Positions 28,054-36,590 of a DNA stretch of 64,000 nt are shown here, piece after piece; position 1 is the first letter of the stretch; every line of letters begins with the position of its first letter. The stretch spans positions 90,209-154,208 of the forward strand of contig OOHM01000001.1 of assembly GCA_900320405.1 (NCBI GenBank), in the 5' to 3' direction. Below the pieces are notes generated by a model. The model worked only from the letters and a program-made list of their open reading frames with translations, was not told where the DNA came from and searched no databases. The stretch comes from an uncultured Pseudomonadota bacterium. GTDB taxonomy: Bacteria > Pseudomonadota > Alphaproteobacteria > Rs-D84. The translations under genes and the position numbers were made by a program.

Positions 28054-28863
28054 ATGCGTATTCAAATTTTATTATTAAAATATTTCTGGAAACCGCTGTC
28101 GTTGATTTGTTCTTTGTTCTGTACGAACGGTCTTGCGCGTAGAAGGGTTCGCCAGAAATTTCTTTATTCCAGGTCGTTCCCGTATCCAAAAGTATTATCG
28201 GTTGCAGAAACAGTTAATTTGTTACAGCAAGGGGCATCATTGGCCCGATTGGGCGATGGTGAATTTAATTTGGCACTTGGCAAGCGTTTGATTTGCTATC
28301 AAAAAAATTCTCCTGAACTGCAACGTCGTATGCGTGAAATATTAAAGAATCCAAATGGTAAATGTTTGGTTGGAATTCCACCTTGTCCGACAAGTCCCGG
28401 ATTCTTTCGTGAATATTTTACACGTTACCCGCGTATATTGTCTATGATGAAATTAAAATCCACTTATGCCAATGCGAACATATCCCGGAACAATGATTTT
28501 TTGGTTCGTGGAATCGATGAGTATCGCAAAATATGGGACAACAAGACGGTTGTGTTTATTTATTCGTCTGTGGGCAGATTTGATATTACCCCAGAACTAT
28601 TTTCAAACATAAAGAAATATTATCATATTGATGTTATGCCCAATGATGCATTTGAACAATACAATTCAATTATGGCCAAGGCACAAAAGTTTCCCAAGGA
28701 TTACTTGTTTTTGATTGCGTGCGGACCTGCCGCCACGGTACTCGCATATGATTTGTGTACAATGGGGTATCAGGCGATTGACATTGGACATTTGCCTAAC
28801 TGCTATGCAAATGAGGTATCGGGTGCCCCAATGCCCGAGAAGTTACCAATATGTAAAAAATAG
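28054..28863 (+). CDS. DUF1792-type (GT-D fold) glycosyltransferase-like protein
   Basis: 269 aa. SLARLGDGEFNL motif near the N-terminus and ...ACGPAATVLAYDL...GYQAIDIGH near the C-terminus. Confidence 0.65.
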   Translation: MRIQILLLKYFWKPLSLICSLFCTNGLARRRVRQKFLYSRSFPYPKVLSVAETVNLLQQGASLARLGDGEFNLALGKRLICYQKNSPELQRRMREILKNPNGKCLVGIPPCPTSPGFFREYFTRYPRILSMMKLKSTYANANISRNNDFLVRGIDEYRKIWDNKTVVFIYSSVGRFDITPELFSNIKKYYHIDVMPNDAFEQYNSIMAKAQKFPKDYLFLIACGPAATVLAYDLCTMGYQAIDIGHLPNCYANEVSGAPMPEKLPICKK

Positions 28864-28884
28864 ATTTTGTGTTTAAAATATAAC

Positions 28885-28918
28885 AAAACGGAATCAATCG
28901 ATTCCGTTTTTTTTTAAT
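28885..28918. repeat. Terminator hairpin, copy 2 (see 26796-26824)
   Basis: Near-identical to copy 1 except for the loop. It directly abuts attL of the island. Confidence 0.85.
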
Positions 28919-28938
28919 CCTGGTGCCAGTTGTCGGAC
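28914..28938. repeat. attL: displaced copy of the tRNA-Thr 3' end
   Basis: tttttaatCctggtgccagttgtcggac here versus tttttaatTctggtgccagttgtcggac at 38194-38218. A second, degenerate copy ctggtgccGgttgAGgga lies at 28952-28969. Confidence 0.85.
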
Positions 28939-29146
28939 CAATACCGAGATAACTGGTGCCGGTTGAGGGAATAATGCCATCCCAAAAAACCAGCGCAAAA
29001 CTGCCCTAAAAATGACAATTTTGACATAAAAACACTAAAATGCCTGACACTTTGCTTGGCACTTTTATAAAATAACACGATTTTTGGGAAAAGTACACTG
29101 TTTTTGTTGTTTATAAAGGATGAAACAAACCGCTTGATTTTATCGG

Positions 29147-30118
29147 GTGTTTTCTTTTAATATATGGTCAAGGAAAGGATATCATGTGGTTGGTGTGCCA
29201 GTCAGATTACCAGATTATACAGAATGCCACCCTGTTTTGAAGTGGGCCGGCGGTAAAGGGCAATTGTTAGAACAAATCGAACAAAAACTTCCGTTAAAAT
29301 TAAAAATGAACGGCATCAAACGCTATATTGAACCATTTGTCGGTGGTGGCGCTGTGTTCTTTGATATATATAATCGGTATAACATCCAGGAAGCGTTTTT
29401 GTTTGATATCAATCCAGAACTGGTGATTCTGTACAACGTTATCAAACGCGACGTCGAAAGCCTTATTACTGAATTGACCAAGATTCAAACGGAATATAAG
29501 CATACCGATGACACAAAGGCATATTATTATGCCAGACGTGACGAATACAACGACTTTGATAAGGACGTTGATGCTAATGTGTATCGTTCTGCTTTTGTTC
29601 GTCGCGCAGCCCTAACTGTCTTCTTGAACCGAACATGTTTTAATGGTTTGTTCAGAGTTAATAGTAAAAATAAATTCAATGTTCCTATGGGCAAATACAC
29701 AAACCCACGCATATTGGACGAAGAAAACTTACGCAACGTGTCCGAAGCTTTGCAAATTGCTACTATTATGCAGGCGGATTTTGGCGTTACACCAGATTAT
29801 GTAAAAGCTGACACGTTCATTTATTATGACCCCCCATATCGTCCAATTCGTGAAACATCTTCATTCAATTCGTACGCCGTTGGCGATTTTGATGATGAAG
29901 AACAAAAACGATTAAAGTCGGTTTTTGATGCATGTAATCAAATGGGCGCACTGCAAATGTTAAGCAATTCAGACCCAACCAATTATGTAGACGACCCGTT
30001 CTTTGATGATTTGTACAAAGATTATAAAATTAACCGTATTTTGGCTAAACGTCTTATAAATTCCAAAGCTGACGGTCGTGATGCAATTCGTGAATTACTT
30101 ATAACTAACTATGACTAA
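29147..30118 (+). CDS. dpnM: Dam-like N6-adenine DNA methyltransferase (alpha class, DpnM-like)
   Basis: KWAGGKGQL, FVGGGAVFF and YYDPPY motifs. The ORF-track start is GTG 29147; GTG 29186, preceded by aaggaaagga, is a plausible true start. Confidence 0.88.
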   Translation: MFSFNIWSRKGYHVVGVPVRLPDYTECHPVLKWAGGKGQLLEQIEQKLPLKLKMNGIKRYIEPFVGGGAVFFDIYNRYNIQEAFLFDINPELVILYNVIKRDVESLITELTKIQTEYKHTDDTKAYYYARRDEYNDFDKDVDANVYRSAFVRRAALTVFLNRTCFNGLFRVNSKNKFNVPMGKYTNPRILDEENLRNVSEALQIATIMQADFGVTPDYVKADTFIYYDPPYRPIRETSSFNSYAVGDFDDEEQKRLKSVFDACNQMGALQMLSNSDPTNYVDDPFFDDLYKDYKINRILAKRLINSKADGRDAIRELLITNYD

Positions 30119-30896
30119 GAAATCGTATCGTCTTTATTGTGCTGATTGCCTTGAAAAGTTGCTTGAACTTCCGGAAAATACATTTGATATGATTTTTGCC
30201 GACCCGCCGTATATGCTTTCCAATGGCGGTATCACATGCCAAAATGGCTGTGTTGTATCTGTGAACAAAGGTGATTGGGATAAATCACATGGCCTCAGTG
30301 ATGATTTTGAATTTCATAAAAAGTGGCTCTGCGCCTGTCATCGTGTCTTGAAACCAAATGGCACATTGTGGGTCAGTGGCACATATCACAGTATATATTC
30401 GTGCGGTTTTGCCATGCAATTACTCGGTTTTCATATTTTGAACGATATAACTTGGTTTAAACCAAATGCCAGTCCGAATATGTCTTGTCGCTACTTTACC
30501 GCAAGTCACGAAACTTTGCTATGGGCGCGCAAAAACAAAAAATCTAAACACACTTTTAATTATGAAGCGATGAAAAACGGTGATTTTCCGAAAGACTTTA
30601 TCAAAAAGCCTGGTTGCCAAATGCGAAGTGTTTGGGCCATTGGCACCCCAACAAAAGAAGAAAAGAAATTTGGAAAACACCCAACGCAAAAACCAGTTGA
30701 ATTGCTGGAGCGCATTATTTTGGCATCGACAAACCCTGGTGACTTAATTTTGGATCCGTTTATGGGCAGCGGTACCACAGGTGTCGCAGCATTAAAACAT
30801 GGTCGCCGATTTGTAGGCATAGACCAAGAGACACAATTTGTTGAACTGGCTGAAAAAAGGTTATATGATATATCTGAAAAAAAGGATAAAAAATGA
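30111..30896 (+). CDS. dpnA: Second DNA methyltransferase (beta class, DpnA-like)
   Basis: FADPPY near the N-terminus and DPFMGSGTTGVAA near the C-terminus. 8-nt overlap with the upstream gene. Confidence 0.88.
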   Translation: MTKKSYRLYCADCLEKLLELPENTFDMIFADPPYMLSNGGITCQNGCVVSVNKGDWDKSHGLSDDFEFHKKWLCACHRVLKPNGTLWVSGTYHSIYSCGFAMQLLGFHILNDITWFKPNASPNMSCRYFTASHETLLWARKNKKSKHTFNYEAMKNGDFPKDFIKKPGCQMRSVWAIGTPTKEEKKFGKHPTQKPVELLERIILASTNPGDLILDPFMGSGTTGVAALKHGRRFVGIDQETQFVELAEKRLYDISEKKDKK

Positions 30897-31798
30897 AATA
30901 TTCCCAAATATTTGATAAATTATTAGGTTGTAAAAACGAAGACGAAGTATTTGCATATTTGATTGATAATTTGAAAGAAACAATCAAATCTTGGGACTAT
31001 TTTGTGAACTGGCAGAAAGTATGTAAAAATTATCACGAAGCGGAAGTGTCGTTGAATTTACTAAACACCCTTATTGGCAAGCCAGATATTGAAAAAGCAG
31101 CAGAACAACTTTTAAGTGAATACCCAAATATAATAAAAATAATTCCAGCATTACTTGCAGAACGGGATAAAAAGATATCGTTATTGACTGACACAAAGAA
31201 ATTTGATGTAACCAGATTTGATTTTACGAAACCGATGTCTGCAAAAGACGGTGCAAAATTCATGAAAGAATCTGGACTGTTGGATTTGATTTCTGACAGA
31301 ACAATAAAATCCATACCAGATTATTTTCTTGGTGTGGAAGTCGGTCTTGATTCAAACGGTCGCAAAAATCGAAGTGGAACCTCAATGGAATCGCTTGCCG
31401 AATTATTTATCAAAGACATTTGCAAAAGAAATGGTTACGAATATATTGCCCAAGCAACCGCTGATAAAATATACAGCAAATGGGGCAAACGCATAACAGT
31501 TACAAAATCGTCTAAACGCATAGATTTTGCAATAAATACACCACATAAATTGTATTTGATTGAAACCAATTTTTACGGTGGCGGCGGTTCAAAATTGAAA
31601 TCTACAGCTGGTGAATACGCAGATATCTATCACCAATGGACAAATGATGGTCATCAATTTATTTGGCTTACTGACGGTTTCGGTTGGCAGAAAACTCAAC
31701 GTCCACTGCGCGACACATTTAACACCACAGACTACATCTTGAATATCGCTATGGTACAAAAAGAGGTATTGGAAGAGTTAATAACTAAAAACGCATAA
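30893..31798 (+). CDS. dpnB: DpnII-family type II restriction endonuclease
   Basis: 301 aa. N-terminal ...IKSWDYFVNWQKVCKNYHEAEVSLNLLNTLIGK...YPNIIKIIPALLAER resembles R.DpnII. 4-nt overlap with dpnA. Confidence 0.82.
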   Translation: MKYSQIFDKLLGCKNEDEVFAYLIDNLKETIKSWDYFVNWQKVCKNYHEAEVSLNLLNTLIGKPDIEKAAEQLLSEYPNIIKIIPALLAERDKKISLLTDTKKFDVTRFDFTKPMSAKDGAKFMKESGLLDLISDRTIKSIPDYFLGVEVGLDSNGRKNRSGTSMESLAELFIKDICKRNGYEYIAQATADKIYSKWGKRITVTKSSKRIDFAINTPHKLYLIETNFYGGGGSKLKSTAGEYADIYHQWTNDGHQFIWLTDGFGWQKTQRPLRDTFNTTDYILNIAMVQKEVLEELITKNA

Positions 31799-31868
31799 AC
31801 AAAAGTTAATGAACGAACTAACAAATGACACGCCAAGAATTATTAGCAAACAAAAAATATATAAGCGC

Positions 31869-31897
31869 TTGACTTTTATGAAAACACATATTATAAT
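31869..31897 (+). promoter_or_regulatory. Near-consensus sigma70 promoter inside the island
   Basis: TTGACT, 17-nt spacer, TATAAT, then RBS ggaggt and GTG at 31925. Confidence 0.65.
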
Positions 31898-31924
31898 ACC
31901 TGTGATTTAAAAACGGAGGTCAAA

Positions 31925-32359
31925 GTGGCTTTTGAAAGATTTTCGCAGGTTGGGCAAATTTTTAGGGCCAAAGCGTCGATATCGACATTTGGTATGTTAA
32001 GTTTTAGTTCTGGGGCCAGACAACGTTTCAACATAGATGAAACCAAATATAAATTTGGGGCATTGTTTTTTGATCCGGACACACGAATAATCGGAGTCAA
32101 ATTGTTAGAAACAGATGACGGACAAGGGGTTGTGAATCTGAGATACAGGGACAAGGGTCTTGACTTGGCAATTAAATCTTTTCTTGAGTATTATAATATA
32201 TTGCCCCAGCAAACAAGTTTGTACGAGATAGAAAAAGATGAGCAAACAGATATGTTGCTTGTGAAGTTAAATACAGCAAAGGCACGAAAAACAGGTAAAG
32301 ATACGCCATGTAATAAAGAGGTTAATAGTAATAATGGTGATACTGGAAGCTCTGTATGA
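31925..32359 (+). CDS. Hypothetical protein (144 aa), island cargo
   Basis: GTG start behind a strong promoter and RBS. No family recognised. The C-terminal tail is hydrophilic. Confidence 0.55.
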   Translation: MAFERFSQVGQIFRAKASISTFGMLSFSSGARQRFNIDETKYKFGALFFDPDTRIIGVKLLETDDGQGVVNLRYRDKGLDLAIKSFLEYYNILPQQTSLYEIEKDEQTDMLLVKLNTAKARKTGKDTPCNKEVNSNNGDTGSSV

Positions 32360-32493
32360 AAGAAATAAAACACCCTGCTGCAACAGGGTGAATTATCGGG
32401 ACATGTCCCAGGTTATCTTCATAATAACTCAAACTTATTATAACCTGTCTCGAAAACAAATGCAACAGAAAGTTGCTCTTCGGTCAAAGGGAT

Positions 32494-32805
32494 ATGATCG
32501 AATACAAAAAATGGCAGGATACAATCATGCTGATAACTGCACGAAACTTGCCTGGTTATAGATATAATCAGGATGTACCGTCAGGATATGAATCTTGGCT
32601 GGATTACTGGCAAAAAAGACGCGGTTTGATTGCGGGCACTTGTCGGTGTTGCGGAAAACATTGCAATGATTTGGTCGGTGGTCATGTGGAGGCGGTCGGT
32701 TACAACGGTTTTTATATTGTACCATTATGTGCAAGTTGTAATAGCCGAGAAAATCGACGAACTTTCTATGTGGACGATCAAGATTTTGTAAAGGTTGTAC
32801 GCTAA
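32494..32805 (+). CDS. Small Cys-rich protein with an HNH/beta-beta-alpha-Me-like signature
   Basis: CRCCGKHCNDLVGGHV...YIVPLCASCNSRENR (CxxC...H...CxxCN). The start is uncertain (TTG 32473, ATG 32494 or ATG 32527). Confidence 0.5.
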   Translation: MIEYKKWQDTIMLITARNLPGYRYNQDVPSGYESWLDYWQKRRGLIAGTCRCCGKHCNDLVGGHVEAVGYNGFYIVPLCASCNSRENRRTFYVDDQDFVKVVR

Positions 32806-33023
32806 AGTAGTACCGGATTTAAAATTTTAAATCCGGTATCTTTTTATCATATTGGCGTAAAGAGCATTATAAACTATTTAAATCTAATAGTTTATTCGTA
32901 ATAACCTATTCAAATTAAATAGTAAATTATTAAAAATGGCGGATTTTAGCCATTTTTTTGTGTGCAAAGCAGTTTTTGTACGGTAGGATTATACCTGTAA
33001 TGATAAAACAAAGAGGTATAATC

Positions 33024-33302
33024 ATGACAAAAAACTTTAAAAATTGGTTAATTAACAACGGTTATAAACTGTTTACGGCAAACAATCAACCATCCACCGT
33101 ATTCGATTATTTGACCGGTGTAAAATATGTATGTCAGTGGGAAAATAAGACAATTGAGCAGTTAGCAGATTCAATATCTGATGTTTTACCACGATACTTT
33201 GACGGCGGTGAACACTATGTCCGTGGTCGTATGAAAAGTCGTGCCGTTAGATGTGGATTGCGTCAGTTTAATAAATTTGTTATGGAATCAAAGGTTGCAT
33301 AA
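33024..33302 (+). CDS. Hypothetical protein (92 aa), island cargo
   Basis: ATG preceded by aagagg. Flanked by AT-rich repeats containing AAATAGT. Confidence 0.5.
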   Translation: MTKNFKNWLINNGYKLFTANNQPSTVFDYLTGVKYVCQWENKTIEQLADSISDVLPRYFDGGEHYVRGRMKSRAVRCGLRQFNKFVMESKVA

Positions 33303-33368
33303 GAAATTTATAAACTATATCAAATAAATAGTTAATTAAATTTACCACCAAACCAAAGGATGAATAAT

Positions 33369-33509
33369 ATGAGTTGCAGTTGCTTTAAACTTATTGCAAA
33401 TGGGATTACTTTACCTGATATTTACTTTCGGTATGACCAAGCATGCCAAGCCAGACAAAAATTAAAAGATAATAACATTGCGATGTCAGTTAATATCGTT
33501 AATGCATAA
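33369..33509 (+). CDS. Possible 46-aa micro-ORF
   Basis: MSCSCFKLIANGITLPDIYFRYDQACQARQKLKDNNIAMSVNIVNA. RBS-like aaagga upstream; hairpin accaccaacgtaaaaattggtggt downstream. Confidence 0.3.
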   Translation: MSCSCFKLIANGITLPDIYFRYDQACQARQKLKDNNIAMSVNIVNA

Positions 33510-33608
33510 AAAAGACCACCAACGTAAAAATTGGTGGTTTTTAATTACTGTGTCCAGATTTAGTTCAGAATTGCCCCAATTTTATTTGATGTATAAGTTA
33601 TCAAAATT

Positions 33609-34193
33609 TCAAATTGGAGCGGTCTGGATTTGATTCTGTGATTGTGGGATGTGCGTTGGTGACTTCTGCGAAAGGTTGAACAATATTTCAGATGTAATTA
33701 TGCGGTCAGAGTCAATGTGATAATTTACGTTTGATTTAAATTCTTTGGTTGGGTATGAACATCCACCTTCATCATTAACCGGTTCGATATGCAATACTTC
33801 TTGGGGTAAATTTAATCGTGTCGAAACATTGCATATCGCTAATTGGATTTCAAAAAAAGTAAAGGGGCAGTTATAAATTAAAATATGGTAATGCCAATTT
33901 ACCGATTTACCGTGTTCAGCAACAGCAAAAAAAGGGATGTGTTTACGATTCCAATGACGACCAAGTAATACTTTTTCAAAAATGGACATTATTTGGTGCA
34001 GATTTGTTTCGTTTTTTTCTAAGTTGACCGAACGACGATATTTTGGAAATTGAATCGATAAAAAATATTGGGGATTATAATCTTTGAACCATGAATATAG
34101 TGTTTTTTTAGTTTCGGTGGTTTTATTGGTATCAAGGCGTATATAATTCATAGTCATTTTTATAATCCCCGGTTTTAATTTAGGATATAACAT
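33609..34193 (-). CDS. HUH-type rolling-circle Rep-like protein (inovirus Gp2-like)
   Basis: YFLSIQF (motif 1-like), NWHYHILIY (HUH) and SYPTKEF (YxxK). The alternative ATG at 34157 has a better RBS. Confidence 0.55.
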   Translation of the reverse strand: MLYPKLKPGIIKMTMNYIRLDTNKTTETKKTLYSWFKDYNPQYFLSIQFPKYRRSVNLEKNETNLHQIMSIFEKVLLGRHWNRKHIPFFAVAEHGKSVNWHYHILIYNCPFTFFEIQLAICNVSTRLNLPQEVLHIEPVNDEGGCSYPTKEFKSNVNYHIDSDRIITSEILFNLSQKSPTHIPQSQNQIQTAPI

Positions 34194-34677
34194 AACAAAC
34201 GCTTACTTTGGTTTTTATGTTGTATTTTCAGCGTTTTTTCATGTTATTCGGACAGGGGGTTAACAATCACAGCGATTTGCAGACCTATGACACCAACCAC
34301 ACCTTATATTATATTGAACCGTTCCACGTGCCGAAACAGTATCCGGACCAACTTTTAACCATTTCGTTTGAACCCGACCGTTTATTTTTTTCTGTTGGCA
34401 TTTTTATTGCTTTTTGTTTTTTTTGCATAAAATTATCAAATCAAAAAATCTTATTTTATTCGTAAAAACAATGTGTTAGACCAATTTCCAGTAATACTTT
34501 TTATATATTTTTCTTTTCGCGCGCGTGTCATCAGGTGCAAAAAGTCATGACCCTTTCATCAAAAAAGTAAGAATTTTTTTAAAATTTTTTCGGGGTCCCC
34601 TGATTTTTACAAATTCTATATATATGCACGGGGAAATTCTGTGCGCGATTTGTTAATAATTTAAAAGGAGTAATACG

Positions 34678-36471
34678 ATGGCGAAGAGTAAAATCTCGTT
34701 GACGCACGAACACGAAAGCATAATTGCTATTTATTGTGCATACAGAAACATTGAATTTAATCAGGCGAACGCGTACGACATCACAATGGAAGCGTTTAAA
34801 GAAAATCCGATTAGGTATAAAACCACGGATGATATTACTGGCGAAGAACGGAATTATAATATCACCCCACGAATTGCAACGTTAATTGAAAGGCAACCCA
34901 AAACGATTGACCGCATTGCTGATAAAATTGAACGCAAAAAAGAAGAAATCCAACAAGAAAAATACAATCAAAATATTGCAAAAGTGAAAGAACGCACCTG
35001 TCCAGACATCAATAAATTGGTGGATAATCTGTATCGGTTGAATCTGGTTGATGAAAAAAGTTATCTTGGGTTAGTTTGTTTTTTAATGCAAGTGAAGTAT
35101 TTACGCGATGGCGAACTCGAACAAGATGATAAATTATGTGCGTTTTTCAACGGTGTTGCACATAACGGTAAATCTGCAACCGCCAAAGCTATTATGAAGG
35201 TAGAAGAACAATATGGCCCAGTATTTAAAGCGAATTCTGTTAAACTTTTATTAGCACCACACGAAGAATTATTATATAAAACCCATGTGGTTTATTTTGA
35301 TGAAGCCAAAGCCAGCGACATAGACCGTGATAAAGTGATAAATTTGATAAATGGTGGCGACATTGAACTTAACCCAAAGAATAAACGACAATATTTATTC
35401 CGCGTGAACACCAACGTCATTTTTGCGTCAAACGATATGGTTTATTTAAGGCAACGACGTGTTGCCACCATTAAATTTGGCAAAAGATTAAACTGCCGCC
35501 CATTAGGCGAAGGCACACTAACGAAAATCATAGCAAATATTATGGATTCTTTGCCAGGTTTCGAACATTACAATGATTTATATCGTGTTGTGTCGATAAA
35601 TAACGAAAATGCCGTCAGTATGGTTGCCATGGCGGATATCTTATCATATATGCATAAATATCTGTATTTCGTATGCCACGGTAATCCACTAACTTTAATG
35701 AACAAAATGTTGCTTACAACAAGCCGTATTTACGAACATATTAAACATTCCCGCAATACCCAGTTGGTTAATCCAGAACGTCGAGAAGCAATCCCGGACG
35801 CATTGGAATATCTGGCAGACCAAGGTTTAATCGACAGAAAAACAGATTATGAAAATTGCACCACGAAGTATTACACGGTATCCGGCGAACAGTATCTGAA
35901 ACTGCGTGCCAAGTATGATGTGATAAACACGAAATATGAAAACATCAGCAAAATTACACGAACAGAATTGTATGATTGTTTGTTGCCATATTTCACCGCA
36001 ATACCAAAACCGGATGAACTGCCCCAGATAGAAATTCCCGAACCAACAGAAGCAGATTATTTTGAAGAAGATGATGACGATACACCATCAAACGAACAAG
36101 CGATTTTACAAACGTCTTGGACCAAAGACCGTGGTGGTATGTTAGCGTTTGAATTGTTGAAACGCGTAAAGCGAGCCGGAGAAACAGCACAATTTTTAAA
36201 TATGAACAGTTATTTTCCCGAAGACGTTCAGCACCTTTTTGACGCATATATGACACCAGAATTTTGTCGAAGTGTTTGTTATAAAGAATTCATGGAAAAC
36301 CTTAGCAAACACGGTGGTACCAACTTTGGCAACACATTCATAACCAGCGTACAGAACATATATATGGATAGGTTGGGTATAACAGACCTGAAAAAACTTG
36401 AAAATTTTGAAGATTTTAAACGGGCCGAAATCAAGAAATTGAACAATGGTACCAGTACACCTACTGAATAA
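34678..36471 (+). CDS. SF3 helicase / P4-D5-VirE-like P-loop replication protein
   Basis: 597 aa. Walker A GVAHNGKSAT, Walker B VVYFDEA, motif C VIFASN. RBS aaaggag. Confidence 0.7.
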   Translation: MAKSKISLTHEHESIIAIYCAYRNIEFNQANAYDITMEAFKENPIRYKTTDDITGEERNYNITPRIATLIERQPKTIDRIADKIERKKEEIQQEKYNQNIAKVKERTCPDINKLVDNLYRLNLVDEKSYLGLVCFLMQVKYLRDGELEQDDKLCAFFNGVAHNGKSATAKAIMKVEEQYGPVFKANSVKLLLAPHEELLYKTHVVYFDEAKASDIDRDKVINLINGGDIELNPKNKRQYLFRVNTNVIFASNDMVYLRQRRVATIKFGKRLNCRPLGEGTLTKIIANIMDSLPGFEHYNDLYRVVSINNENAVSMVAMADILSYMHKYLYFVCHGNPLTLMNKMLLTTSRIYEHIKHSRNTQLVNPERREAIPDALEYLADQGLIDRKTDYENCTTKYYTVSGEQYLKLRAKYDVINTKYENISKITRTELYDCLLPYFTAIPKPDELPQIEIPEPTEADYFEEDDDDTPSNEQAILQTSWTKDRGGMLAFELLKRVKRAGETAQFLNMNSYFPEDVQHLFDAYMTPEFCRSVCYKEFMENLSKHGGTNFGNTFITSVQNIYMDRLGITDLKKLENFEDFKRAEIKKLNNGTSTPTE

Positions 36472-36473
36472 CA

Positions 36474-36499
36474 GGGGTAAATAAATCACTATTTGCCCC
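36474..36499. terminator. Bidirectional hairpin between the helicase-like gene and the integrase
   Basis: ggggtaaata-aatcac-tatttgcccc (10 bp with one G.U pair). Confidence 0.6.
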
Positions 36500-36590
36500 T
36501 AAGCGCGTTTTTTCTAAATTGCATTGGGTCGATATGCATGGATGGTAATATGTGTTTGCAAATTAAATACAGACGACCATCCAGTGCATA

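Noticed and set aside
34208-34465. 85-aa plus-strand ORF in the Rep/helicase intergenic region
   Set aside because: It has a non-ATG start, a Phe/Leu-rich low-complexity translation from AT-rich DNA, and no RBS. The region is more plausibly promoter or origin DNA.
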